Source: Nageia nagi (lineage: Eukaryota > Plantae > Pinophyta). Taken from it: a DNA stretch of 64,000 nucleotides. Location: positions 8,742,001 through 8,806,000 of the forward strand of contig JBITNC010000002.1 of assembly GCA_050084985.1 (NCBI GenBank). The letters run 5' to 3'. Below, piece after piece: positions 26,301 through 39,699 of this stretch. Position 1 is the stretch's first letter. Every line of letters begins with the position of its first letter. Position numbers and translations under genes: made by a program. The notes beneath the pieces were generated by a model. The model saw only the letters and a list, made by a program, of their open reading frames with translations. It ran no database searches and was not told the DNA's origin.

Positions 26301-28920
26301 CACAATACTTTAGCTAATCAGTTAGCTTCTAAGGTAGCTAATTATGGTGTGACTACCCATTCCAAATCCAAAATAGAGATCAAATTGGTCTTTAGGCTAT
26401 CTGTACCGGATAATGACTATCAAGAGTAAATATTTGATAGTAATCCCTAGATTAATCAATTTATACAATATTTTGTGTACTCCTTTGATGAGGAAACCAC
26501 TCGAGATGACCTTTAGGATAAGGATATCATTCAACTAAAGAATAAATTCATTCCAAAAACCCTTATTTCTTTAGAAAAAGTCATTAACAAAGAGGATAGA
26601 TTCAAAACTTCTTCGCAACAAGATTAGAAGAGAAATTACCATGAAATCGAGGTCCTTTCAAATAAAAGAGTGAAGGTTAGAATAGATGTTGTTCCTCATG
26701 AAATTCGAGATATGATCCTTCTCTCTAGAGAGTTTTAAGATATCATAATATGAAATTATTAGAACCTAAAGACATAATATGGATGTAGTCTAGCACTCAA
26801 TCAAGCTTAAAGAGGAAACTGTCCCTTTTAGAAAAAAAACAAAGAGCAATAAATCCCATAATTGAGGTTATGATGAAATAAGAGTTGATCAAACTATTAG
26901 ATGCAGGGATAATCTTTGCAATTAAAAATACTACTTTGGTCTTGAATTTGTTAAAATATATAATGCATAATGTGTTATGTATCTACAAAAATAAATATTA
27001 CCTCCTTTATATTATCCACTTAAATACATTACTTTAGAAAGTATTTAAGTGAAAGAAAAATTAAGGAAGACTTGTCCCCACACACCACCTACTTGTAAGG
27101 TCATGCTTATCCATAAGGATAAAGATAAAATCATGTATACTGGGTCTTGGTGTGTACCTTGGATAATAGGATGATCCAACAAAGAGATTTTACCTATAAA
27201 TAGTGGTTCTACCCTCATGGTTCTATAACAAGTTTTGGAGCAAAGTTATGCTCTTAGTTGTGTAAGGAAGTAGGAGTTGAGTTATAAGAGAGAGTGCTTT
27301 TTAAACAATAGAGATCTTGGATTAGTGGATGTACTCCCAAGGAGGGAGGAACCACTTTATATTAGTGTCTCTTATGTTAATTTGTAAGATTACTTGCATT
27401 GAGTTTGAGTTTATATTACGTTAGAGTTGAGTGTTTTCAAGGGATCTTGGGATTTAATAAATTACCGTATTACTTCAATTTTCATTAGAATCTAGTACAA
27501 GTTTGAAACAAGAGTGGAGAGATTCACTTATGAGTAGATTTTGGAAATCTTAACCAAGCATATTTAAAAGATCATTATCCAATCCCACTCATGGACCATA
27601 TTTTACATACAATTGCTAGAGTAGAATGTTTTTCATTTATTGATGGATTCTCAAGTTTCAATCATATATGGATGAAGGACAATGATCAACATAAGATTGT
27701 GTTTATAACTAAGTGGGGTATTTGTACCTTGAAAAGAATGCTCTTTTGTCTCTTAAATACTGATGTAACCTTTCAAATAGCTATAGATCATGATTTTGGT
27801 CCATTGATCTACAAAATCATTTTAGTAGACCTTGATGATATTACTATCTTTTTAAAACACAGAAGAGATCACTTGGGTCACCTCATAGATATGTTTGAAA
27901 AATGTAGAGTTTTTATCATTTCTCTAAATACCAAAAAATTAATTTTTATTTTCAAGGAAAGTAAGTTGTTAGGGAATGTAGTTTTCAAACAAGAAATGAC
28001 CATTGAACTAAAAAGAGTGATAGCCATAAGAAATATCCATTTTCCATCCCACAAGATAGCTCTTCAATCTTTTCTAAGTCACTTTAATTTTTTAAGAAAA
28101 TTTATTCATGAATTTGGTCATATCATCAGACCCATTTTATATATTCTCAAAAATGATGTGCCATTTCTGTGAATACCAAAAGCAAGGAGAATCATTTAAC
28201 AACATTAAGGAAGCTATTCTTAGTTCTCCTATTTTAAAGAAATCTTATTTTAATAGGGCTTTCATTTTATATATAGTGGGATAGGATAAAAGCAAAGTTA
28301 TAGTCATTACTCAAAAGGATGAAGACAAACAAGAACACCCAATTTTGTTTTATAGTAAGACTCTCTATGATGCAAAAACTAGATATACCTTTATTGAGAA
28401 ACATGTCTTTGCAGTCATGAGAGCCCTCAAAAAGTTTAGATATTTTCTCTCACATAGTCAAATATTTATTTATACCCTTCATTTGGATATCAAGAACTTC
28501 ATAATGCAAAGGAATATTAAGGTGAGAAAGCTAGTTAGATCAATAAAATATTAGAGTTTGTTGTAGATATTAGACCTACAAAGTAAATTTGAGGTAGAGC
28601 ATTATATTGGTTCTACTCGAAATCAAGATACTACCTCTACTTTAGACAATGATAGTGTTTCCACTTCAAATATTATATAGGTAAACATTCATCAAAATGA
28701 TGAAAAGAATGAGGTTATGTTTGAATTTAAAATGACACGAATCAATGAGTTTCTAAGGTATTTCAAGATTGGGATATGTCTTTTAATTTAACTCCTCAAA
28801 GAAGAAGATTTAGGCTTTAGGAAATCAACTATACAATCATTGATACTAAATTATATAGGAGGAATTATGATAGAGTGTTACTAATATGTATCAATGATAG
28901 AATTCATTTGCTCATCCTTA
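23386..28920 (+). mobile_element. Degenerate Tat-lineage Gypsy with order gag-PR-aRH-RT-RH, truncated in INT
   Basis: Decayed tRNA-Arg-type PBS TGATATGCCTACTGGTAC (23386-23403); Gag ~23750-24500; protease LVDTG near 25425; additional RNase H WVMHFNG...TNNAIEYEALYLGL at ~25965-26340; RT ORF 27591-28172 (FIDGFSSFNHI, VDLDD); RH ORF 28345-28554. Confidence 0.92.
26949..27487 (+). mobile_element. Solo LTR (539 bp) inserted in the RT of the Tat element
   Basis: Starts TGTTAA and ends TTCATTA. Flanked by GAATT (26944-26948) and GAATC (27488-27492). Removing it rejoins the RT motif (..NLVQV*NKSGEI..). Related to the LTR at 2867. Confidence 0.88.
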
Positions 28921-30289
28921 AATGGGTTTGTTACATCCTTATTCATATAAATAATCGAAACGGTACGTTTGCATATTCATCTAAATAATATGTTTACATC
29001 CATATGTAAACAATGTGTCTACATATTCATGAAAATGATTATTTTAAATTTTATGTAAATGATGCATTTAATTATTCATGTAAATGTCTACATATTTATG
29101 TAATAATGTAAACATTTTGTTTACATCCATATATGTAAATGGTGCATTTACATATGGAAACGATTAAGCTAGAAAAGTAAATAAAAAGTAACAAGTAACA
29201 ATAGACCTCAATGACATCTTGCAATGCTATTACTTTTATCACATCTTATTTTGCATAAATTTAATTGTTAAAGTAAACCTTAGCCTCAACATTCAGGTTC
29301 TCTAACTTGTCCAAACCAACATCAAGAGTGTCATCCTTATGCCTGCTTTTGAACTTAACCACACTAGCAACAATAATTTTAAATAATGAATCATTTTTCT
29401 ATAGTCATGTTCTATCTCAAAAAATAATTATTTTCTTTGGAAATATTTCATATATTTATCATTAATTTCATCAAGCAAGGTTTTTGCTCTCTTCTTCTAA
29501 GTTGTTAAAACTTTAACTTTCTCAATAACTTTACATAATTTACTTTGACATTCGTTTCCTATTGATATAGATTGGGTTTGATCTGGGATGTTTTCAGGTA
29601 GTATCTAAGATGAAATTAGAGTGGATTAAAGGTTGGGTGGATTTGCACTATGTTGAGAGTGAGATGTAATCGAAATTAAATCCCAACAAGGCTGGGATGG
29701 AGTTGGATTGTGATGAGACTGTTATGGAGTTGACTAAGGTAACATGTGTTCAACAGTATCTTTTGGACAACGGTTGGTCTTTTTGTTAACATTCATAGTC
29801 TCCCACATCCAAGTTTTCCAAATTACCTAATGGGACTATTGCAACACTGGCAAACTTTATTCACAACGAAATTGTCTGTAAAAATCTTAAAGATTGACCT
29901 TGATACATTGAGCCACTTCTTGTAGATTTTTCCCAAGAATGTTCTTGTGGAGGTGGGGATTGCAATGAGGATGGAGTGCCTAGTCCTACATTGGAAAAAA
30001 TATTTGTTAGTGTTAAATGATAAAAAGAATTGATAAGATAATTGATTAAATTTAAATGAAAAAAATTAAAATTAGCTTATCTAATCAGTTGGTACACTTA
30101 TGTATTTTCAATTTAAGTTGGGAAAGTAAAAAAAACTTTGATTTGTATGATATTTTTGTAGAGAGTTACGAGAAATTTAAATAATTATCCATGACCTAAA
30201 TGATTCATCAACATAAAGAAAATTATTCGTTAGAATAAGAAAAATGATTAATTAACATAAATAAAAATGATTCATTAATTGAAATGTTT

Positions 30290-33200
30290 AATTCATCGAA
30301 AGGAGATGCTTGTTCATGCACCAGATTTCTTGTCAATGGTAAATCCCTACTATGCAACCTTTTCCAACATTGTTTCACCATATCCCACCATGAGGGCTTT
30401 ATAATAAGGTATAGACATCCATCAAATAGTACTTGAAAATATTTTTTCATTGAATATTATGGTTATGAATGCCCTAATATATATATGATGCAAATATAGT
30501 TTAATGGACTACAATGAGTATATGATATGAACAAAATTTGATTTTATGAAAAGACTCAAGAGAATTTTAAGCAGATGCAATTGTTAGGAATAAAGCTAAA
30601 TTATATTGTAACCTTTTGTTAGGATTCTTCTAAGATGTGCCACCATGGTAGCTTTATAAGAAGGTATGAATATTATTGCTATTAATGCTAGACATGGTTT
30701 TTTAAATTCCAAACACATAATAATCACCCTCTTTCATTTGTAAACTAAAAGGGTGATATACTTTCATACAACTTTATATTTTCATCTAGATATAGATATT
30801 AATAACTTTCATCATTTATTTTATTTGAAATATTATAAATTAACATATTTTTCAGTTTTGGTAGTTCCACTCATTTTGTAATGATGCATCTACTGATGAC
30901 CCCTTAAATAGAAAATCTATAGTTTGGATGCAAGTGTGAATTTCAAATGTTATTTAATGTATTGAATTTACATGTTAAGCATTTTACAAAGAATTTTATT
31001 TCTCTTTAAGAAATATCACATTTTTCCTTAAAACATTTTTAGTCATTTTTCTAAAATTTGAAAACTTCTTGGTTATCCCTTTTCCTTAATAAAAAAGGAT
31101 GTCATTTGTACTTTTGAGTGTTGCATATGATTTAGTGTATTTGATAGCCTTTATTTGCTACCCTAAGTAGTCCTTGTCAATTTAAGATCTAGTTATCCTT
31201 TACTCCCTGCATCTTTTGTATAATTGACTATCTGTAACTAAGATTGTTTCTTCAAATTCATTAGTTGTAATAAAAAAATATTAGTTGAATACATAAATAT
31301 AACAATGAATATAATATAATACGTGAGCAACATATTATTTAGTACTATAAAATTTCTAAATTTATTTTTTGCATTTATGAAATTTTGACAAATGTGGTGT
31401 GAAGATTCTCATGATGCATTTACATTAGATTATACATGTTAAAATTTTAATTGATAGAATGATACAATTAAGTTGAAGGGGACCGAACTATAAAATCGAT
31501 AACCCATGAAATGGATATGATTGAAGAGATATTATTTTTTCCTTGTTAATTTGAGCAAGTTATAGTCATGTATATAAGTTTAACATATAATGATGGTTCT
31601 TAAATTCAACATTGTGTGTATATTACTTCTCAAGTGTGCACAATGTGATTATTCTTTTGTTTGGTTTCTATAAACTAAATTGCTAAGGCATGTGCACAAA
31701 TGCATCCTTACCAATACACTTGACACACTACCCATATATTGTATGAATATTGATTCATACTCATTTATTTTATAACATCATATATTTTGTATTCTAAACT
31801 ATATCTAATATGTGAATATGCTTATATTCACCATGTCTATACTTTCTTGGTATATATAAGTTGTATAAAAGCTCACAAATGCTTCTTCTATATATTATTC
31901 ATTTTTTACAGTAATTTTTAATGGCTTTTAGCTTTTTGTGTATTAGCTTGTGGTTAGATATTTCTTGGTTGTTACAAGGGATATTATTGTGAGGGATATG
32001 ATTCATGCAAATAAATATCATCATTTTGAATATGAAGAATGTTCTTATAAAGGATATTACTAATGCAAAGTAATGCAAGCTTTGAATAGTCTTACATGAT
32101 GATATGGTGTATACTTTTAGGTAAAAAGGGAACTATGTTTCATTTAATTTTTTAAAAATGTGTTGTTATTAAATATTTGTACAAATAGACAATGTTGTTG
32201 ATTGTTAATTTAAAGGATATGCGACTCATGGTTGTGATAAGGATGCACTTGAGTTTTTTGGTTGATCCAAAAATTGAACTAAATTATAAATATTCCTAAT
32301 GTATACATTAAAAAGAGATGAGCCTCAAAATTTGAGGTCAAAACACTACAAAAAGGACTGCCAACGATCCATTTTTGATAGGGAGAAATGTAATATGAAA
32401 GGATGGAGTCACTGGGGAAGATAAAGAGTCAAGTGCAGACCAAGGGGAATTAATTTTTCTTTAATTAGACTACCTAGGGAATTCATTCTTGTTAAGAGAG
32501 AGGAAAGAGAAATTAAGAAATTAATATTTGGGAGATGGTAGCAACTTCTTGAGATTTGAGAGTAAGGATTAAGGAGAAGCCATTGAAGAACTAGTCTAGA
32601 AACATCTTAAAACACTTAAGAGGGAGGTTCAAGAAGAAATTACATATTCTTGATTCAATTTTGAACTTTATAAATACTTGTAAGAGTTGAGTGGAGGTAT
32701 TAAAGAGGTATTGTAGACTTCAAGAGGAGGAGTTCAAACTATTAGAGGTAGTATTTTATCCATTGATATATATTTTAATACTTCTTGTGGTGAAATCCAT
32801 GAAAGTGTTTTTTTTAGATTAGATGTACTCTCACATTGAAGGGAACCACTATAAATAATTATTTTGATATGGATATGTAAGTTTTTATCATTTAACTGTT
32901 ATTCAATATATTATTTTAGTATTTAGAACTTGCAATTTAAATTGGCGCATAAAATTCCTTAGGAAGAGGATCGCTATTGGTATATTTATAGGAAAAATAG
33001 ACTGCCAACAATCATCAAATAGTCACCATCAGTCCTTTTCTAAAAACAAATGTTAAAACTTCAGTATTAAGTTAATATATATGTGATGATCTCATGAATA
33101 ACATGGCTTATTGAGATTTATAGATCAAGTGGTATCAAAGAAAAGTTATTATTTTTGTTGGGGTAATTACTAATCCATTGCAAAATAAAGTTATGATTAT

Positions 33201-36200
33201 CTAGAATTTGGTTGAGAAAGCAAAGAGAAATGACCATAAAGAATGATGAGTTTAAGAGGAAAATTGAAAGCATAGAAGAAATGCTTAAAGAATTGAACAC
33301 AAAAGTGGCAACATTAAAGACCATTAATGCAAGAAGGGAATTTGATTTGGGCGAGAGTTCACATAAAGGACCAAATTGACCTTTGAAACTAGAAGTAAAT
33401 TTTGATCTTACATATTTTAGATGTGATATTAGAGATAGTTCACATTAGGCACCAAATTTTCCTTTGAAACCAGAGATAAATTTTGATCTTAAATTTTTTG
33501 GAGATGAAATTAATACTAAAAAGTTAAATCAATGGTTAAAGAAAATGTAGGTATTTTTTAGAGTGAAAAATATTGAATATGGAAATGATAAGACTTAGGT
33601 AGTTGCTCTCAAATTATAAGGACATGCTTTAGTTTGGCGGGAAGCATATTATGATTTCATCAAGAATGGTGATGAGTTTAGTGTGATAAGTGGGAGGATT
33701 TTCAAGGATCTTATACAAAATTAATTCTATCCTCTTGGCCATAAACAAAATCAAACCATGGAGTGGTTCCTTATAAAACATGATAAAGAGGAAAAAAATT
33801 GAAGTATATAACTGAATTCAAATATAGGGCTATAATAATTGGTGTATCCTTGAAAATCCAAGAGACTTTGTTGAAGTACATTAAAGGTTTGCATAGTTAT
33901 CTTTATTATACTATTTTACTTTTTAATCATATTGATTTAAATCATATTTTTATTCAAGCTCAACATTGGGAGGCTTGTGGGAAGTTCAAAAATAAGGACA
34001 AATATTGCATCAAGAAGCCATAAGGATATGGGAAAGTTAATGCCACATCAAAGAAGAAAGGTGATGATAAAAAAATTCATTGTAGTGATTATGATAAATA
34101 TGGTCATGATGAAAAATGTTGGAAAACCCATTTGGTATTATTTACTTATAAGAAAAAGAAGGAAAATAAGCATGATGAGAAAAATAAGAACTAGCTAAAT
34201 TGTTTAGTGAAGATAATCTAGAAGATTGTAAAATTGTTGAAAATTATTTAGATGTTGATGAGAGGATTAATTGTATAGTTATGATAGGATTATGTTCAAA
34301 TAATTAAGAGAAGAAGAAGATTCAATTGTTCTACATCAAGGTTCAAGAAAAAAATACCAAGATTGATGTTATTTTTTTTTTATCATGGTTCACAAGTGAA
34401 TATGATTACCAAAGACTTGGTGGAGAAGTTAGGTATTGAGATTCATCCTTATCTAAGACCATATCCATAAGGGTGGATACATAAAGATGCCAAGATGCAA
34501 GTCATACACCAATATAAGTTCAAGTTTTCTATCAATATTGATCACATTGATGAAGTCTTATTAGATTTTATACCTATTAATGTTGCTAAAATTATGTTGG
34601 CAATTCCATATTTATATGATAGGGATGCAGTTTATCATGGAGAGAAAATATATATCATATTTTGAAAGATGGTAAGCACTTTGTTACAAAGGCTCATCAA
34701 AACAAAAATAAAGCTATAATTACATTGGGGAATAAGTCTCTGATAAATGCATCAAGGAAGCTCATACTTATAGCAATGAAACATCAAGGAATGGACCAAT
34801 GTAATTAGATTATGAAAGTAAAATTGATACTAAAGAAATCAAGAAATCACAAGAACAAGGTTAGAATGAGAGTGTAAGGTTTAATGGGATCTCACTCATC
34901 ATTTACACTTATTGGAGGATCTCAATTATCATTTATTCTTGTTGGAGCCTGGATTATATCATGGAGTCCATGGAATGTTGTAACTTATCATCCATGGGGA
35001 TTAAGGTGGTATGGATATCCTTGGGGAACTTAGGCTCCTCATCCTTATTATCTATAAGTATTTTAAGATCAAATGCCTTTGCATTGGGAAGGTGTGATTC
35101 AAAAATTAAATTAAATTTTTAATATTCTTAATGTATGCATGAAAAGGAGATTAGACTCTAAATTTGAGGTAAAAACTCTACAAAAAATGTATCTAATGAT
35201 CCTTTGGAAGTTATTAAAAATCCATTTTCAATAGGAAGAAGTGGAATCTAAAGGGGTAGATTTATTGGGGAAGTTAAAGAGTTGAGTGTAGACCAAGAGG
35301 CATTAGATTTTCTTCAATAAGACTACCTAGGGACTTCATTCTTGTTAAGAGGGAGGTAAGAGAAAATAATAAAATAAGATTTAGGATATTGTAGAAAATT
35401 CTTGAGCTCTTAGAGGGAGGATTAAGGAGAAACCATTAAAGAACTAGCCCAAAAACTTCTTGAGCCACTTAGAAGAGGTTTTAGAAGCAATGTCATATTC
35501 TTGAGTTTAAGTTTAAACTTGAGAAATACTTGTAAGAGTTTAATGGAGTTATTGAAGAGTTGTTGAATAATTCAAGAGGAATTAAAAATATTAGAGGAAT
35601 TATTTTTCCATTGATGTATATTGTAATATTGGCCAAATCCATGAAAATGAGCTCTTTTATACTAGATGTACTCTTACATTGAGGGGAACCAATATAAACA
35701 TTCATATTCATGTTTATATGTAAGTTTCTATCATTTACTATCTTGTTTTAGTAGCAAAAAATTGCAATTTAAATATGAACATGAAATTCTTCAAGAAGAG
35801 GACTACCATCTGCCCATTTTTGGGAAAAATAAATCACCAACACTCCTTTATAGGCTATTGTCCATCTTTTTTTGATAATAAATGTTGTTAAAATTTAATC
35901 TTAAGTTAATTTATATGTGATGATTTCATAAATAACATATCTTACTAAGATTTACAAATCATTGGTCTGATGAAGCACTTATGAACCAAAGCTAAGAACA
36001 TAACCTTTGTATGCATTCTACTTATATAACCACACAAGTCTAGTGGGTAAGGTTGTAAATACTTTAATAACATTAGTAATTCTTATTATATTATTTGTGG
36101 GATGAATAAATTTCCATGTATTATTGACCTCCTCATACATGTAAGCTATCTTTAGTGATATAAGTTAAATGTTTAGTCTATAAGGATTAATTTTTTTATA

Positions 36201-36230
36201 TAATTCATGTAAATTTGGTTTCTTAGTTAG
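30290..36230 (+). pseudogene. PLS-class pentatricopeptide repeat (PPR) pseudogene split by an LTR element
   Basis: Fragments: NFKQMQLLGIKLN and FVRILLRCATMVAL*EGMNI (~30560-30680). GYATHGCDKDALEFFG (32215-32262) continues after the TSD as LMKH..ITFVCILL..SLVGKGCKYFNN..CIIDLL (35967-36150), matching the GYAMHG..EAL..F / ITFV.VL.ACSHAGLV.EG..YF / ..C.VDLLGRAG consensus. Confidence 0.85.
32263..35961 (+). mobile_element. Complete non-autonomous LTR element carrying only Gag and protease remnants (chromovirus/CRM-like termini)
   Basis: LTRs 32263-33127 and 35095-35961 (~865 bp, TGATC/TGATT...ATCA). PBS TGGTATCAAAG 33130-33140 (iMet). PPT-like GGGAAGGTG. Perfect TSD TTGGT on both sides. Gag ~33190-34200 and protease ~34320-34700. 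No RT, RH or INT. Confidence 0.93.
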
Positions 36231-37273
36231 GTACATAACATAAATGAGTTTCTTATAAAAAAATTCATGACATGTATTACCACACAAAATTTTTGAGTAT
36301 GAAAATTCCTAAAAAAATTCATAAAGTGATCTCTAAAGAAATAAAATAAAAAGCAAAAAAGAAAAATTAAAAAAAAAATCAATCTAAAAACTTTTATATA
36401 TATATATATATATATAATCTATTTTTAGTTTTTTGGATCAAGTTGACTCTCAAAATTATCATTAACTTTTATAATCTGACTAACTATTTTCGTTTGTGCC
36501 ATTCTTCTATTGGTTGGATTGAGTTGACCCTTAACATTATCATTATATTCTCTAATTTTACTAACTTCTTTTATTCATCACTTTCTAGTTAGTTAGATCT
36601 AGTTTCCCTTCAATAGTTTTATAATCAATATCTCTGATTCGATCAACTAAATTTTCTCAATTCATTTTTTAATCGATCATATCAATAGGCTTATCAACAA
36701 GAATTTTTGTATCATCATCATCTTTCTCGATTTGACTAACATATTCCCTTTGGTCAAATCAAATGCCTTGTTAAGTTTTCATCCAGTGATATTATCATCT
36801 TTCCCAATCCAACCAATATATTCTCTTGGTTAGATCAAGTAACTTATCTACCAAATGTTTCACCTTACTCACCTAGTTGCCTTACTCAATTTGACCAGTG
36901 CATATCTACCTCGATCACTATGAAAACTCTAAACATCCTTAACCATTGATTTAATGTTATGTATACTTTTGGTTGCATTCCATGTGTCCCATTTGTACAA
37001 GCCACAACCTATATGTATGAGATCTTCCCAGTAGCCTATAGAGGTTAGATCAAGATCAAGGTTAAGGATTTGGAGTTAGCTTTTTGAGAAATAAAGCATT
37101 TTCAAAATTCAAACTTCATCAACCTCCTATTGGATCTGACTAAAGAGAAAGGTAAATGATAATACATATTATTAACCTTCATCTCAATCCCACTACAAAA
37201 TATATTATAATAGGTAATCAAAATGAGCTTGAAGATAGCAAAATGGATCTTAATGAAGATTGAAGGTAAGTTT

Positions 37274-37415
37274 TTATATACAAGAATGGGTTGGATCAAA
37301 GATGAAAATAATAAAAAAATAACTAACGAATGTTAAAGTCTCATTATATACAAGAATGGGTTTGAGCAAAGATGAAAATAATATAAAAATAACTAATGAA
37401 TGTTAAAGTCTCATT
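37274..37415. repeat. 70-bp tandem duplication
   Basis: TTATATACAAGAATGGGTT...GAATGTTAAAGTCTCA starts at 37274 and again at 37344. Confidence 0.85.
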
Positions 37416-39699
37416 CAACTTGGCCCAAATATTTTGAGCAAAGCTTAGTTGGTCAGACCTAATCAAATGACTACACTGAGTGAAGATCGTTATTAAAAAT
37501 GAGTCAATCCCAACTAAAGGGAAATAACAACTTAGAATTTTTTTGAAGGAAATATGGTCAAATCCGTAAACTCTATGTCAACAAAAAATTAAGATTTTTA
37601 GTAAGAATGTCTATCCAACTCAATGCTTTTCAAAAGTCACTTTGGTAAAACCTACAAAATTAATGATAACTCAAATGCAAGTTGTTGATATTCATATCAA
37701 TCCAATCTATGATATTGGACTTAAAAAAAATTTAAAATGTTCTTATGTAGTTAGGTTGATATACTATTAGCAAAGTGACAAGAGGTGCAATGCAAGCGAG
37801 TGGAATATGCTCAAGTGAAAATATAGATGAATGTGGTGCTTCCATGTTCTAGCAATGCCCCAATGCAAACACAAACTAAGATAGATTCATAATGGTAAAT
37901 GTTTCCTTAATGATTGAGATGACCTTCACAAAGTAACTCTCAAGCTTCAAAAGAACTCTCCAATAATGCAAGAATAAATCCTTGAAGCAATACTCTAAAG
38001 ATAGAATGCTTGAATGGAAAAATATTCAATTAAAAATGATTTCAAACGATGAAAATATCGCAAGGGAGGCCTCTATTTATAGGGAAAGGAGGGGAAATTT
38101 CACTATTAGATCCAATGGCAAGATGGTTGCCCAAGATACAAAGTTAAAGATGATAGTTACAAAATAATGATATCCCTTGATCAAGATTAAAATGAAGGTT
38201 TATAAGCATGCATAAGCACAAATGAACCTTAAGTGTCATTTGATATCGATATGTGGATGCTCAAGATCCTCCTAGTGAGAAAAGATATTACAAATTAATT
38301 TGAGTCACACATATGGATGATCAAGATTGAGCATCGCACTCAAGCACAAATCAACCCTAAGTTCCATATGATCAAGGGGAATGAATGGTTCAGATTGACA
38401 TAAGGAGTTAATGATCACAATTGAAAGTTATGATATGGGTTAATCATAATTTAAGAATTTTTAATATGATTTAAGCTAAATTAAGCCTAATTAATGTAAT
38501 TAATAATTATTTAGAAATGAATTAAGGATTAAAATGTTAAAATATACCCTTTTTAGGTATCTACATTTTCCCCTTCTGCAATGCATCTTATGATCAAGGC
38601 AAGATAATATATAAAAATGATTGAAAGGAATAGGTTAATGAAGAAGAAGGAAGAGAGAAATTTAATTGATGATGGACGAGAATTAACCTAATCAAGGAAG
38701 TTATGTATTTATGCATATTAAAGATTTAGACAAATGCTTTAAGCATAATGAATGACTTCAAAATGACTTGGAATCAATAGTTTTGTTATCATGTGTTTAC
38801 ATCATATTGTCACTAAGCATAAAGACTTGGTGCCAGCTGAAGTAAGTTATGAAAAAAAGATTTTATTTTTTTCCTAATAGAAAAAGGGTTAATGATATCC
38901 TAAACCTTGATCTCAATAAAAATACACTTCCATAATTAGGGAGTGAAAATGATGTGATGTCCTAAGTTACAATGAGGGATAAATAATTTCCCCCTCAAAT
39001 GAGGAGTTAAAGAGGATTAAGGATGAGGTGATGATACCATTGATGAGAAAAATAGAGTAGATGATGAAAAATGATGAGGATGAAAGGGAGCATGATGCTT
39101 ATTTTGAGCATAAGGTGCCTACATGAAACCCTAAAAGATGTATGATGCTTCAAGCATAGCAGAGGATTAAAAGCATAAGGATAAGTATTAGCTAGTCATT
39201 TGCAAATTATGAGTGTGATGCTTCCAAAGAGAGTTATGAGCTTTCTAAGCATGTTTTTGAGATCATAGAATCACTTAAAGAGGTTAGGAGAGATTGTAGA
39301 AGGATATAGGATGATAATGGATAGTTATATAAAAAACTCGAGCATTGTTAATCAATTTTTAAGGGTAAAAAAGAACTTTTTGGACTTTTTAAGCTATTTC
39401 TTATTAGTAGAAAAGGGGTAGTTAGTCATGCGCTATGTATTCATAAAAATGTGAGTGCTTAGTGCTACGGTATATGTAGTTCTCATAGAGTGCACATAAA
39501 GACACATTGTTAAGGGGAGGATATTAGGGAGCATTGATGCTTCAAGCAGGGAATAGAAACTTATGGAGAGCAATGGTGCTTCCTTAAGAAGTACAATGAT
39601 AGGGGTAAAAACACTGATGATTAGGAAAAAGTCACAAAGCAATTAGTTGTTAGAAAAATTGGTGACCATTTTTTATGTAGGCCAAAGATTTAAAACCAC

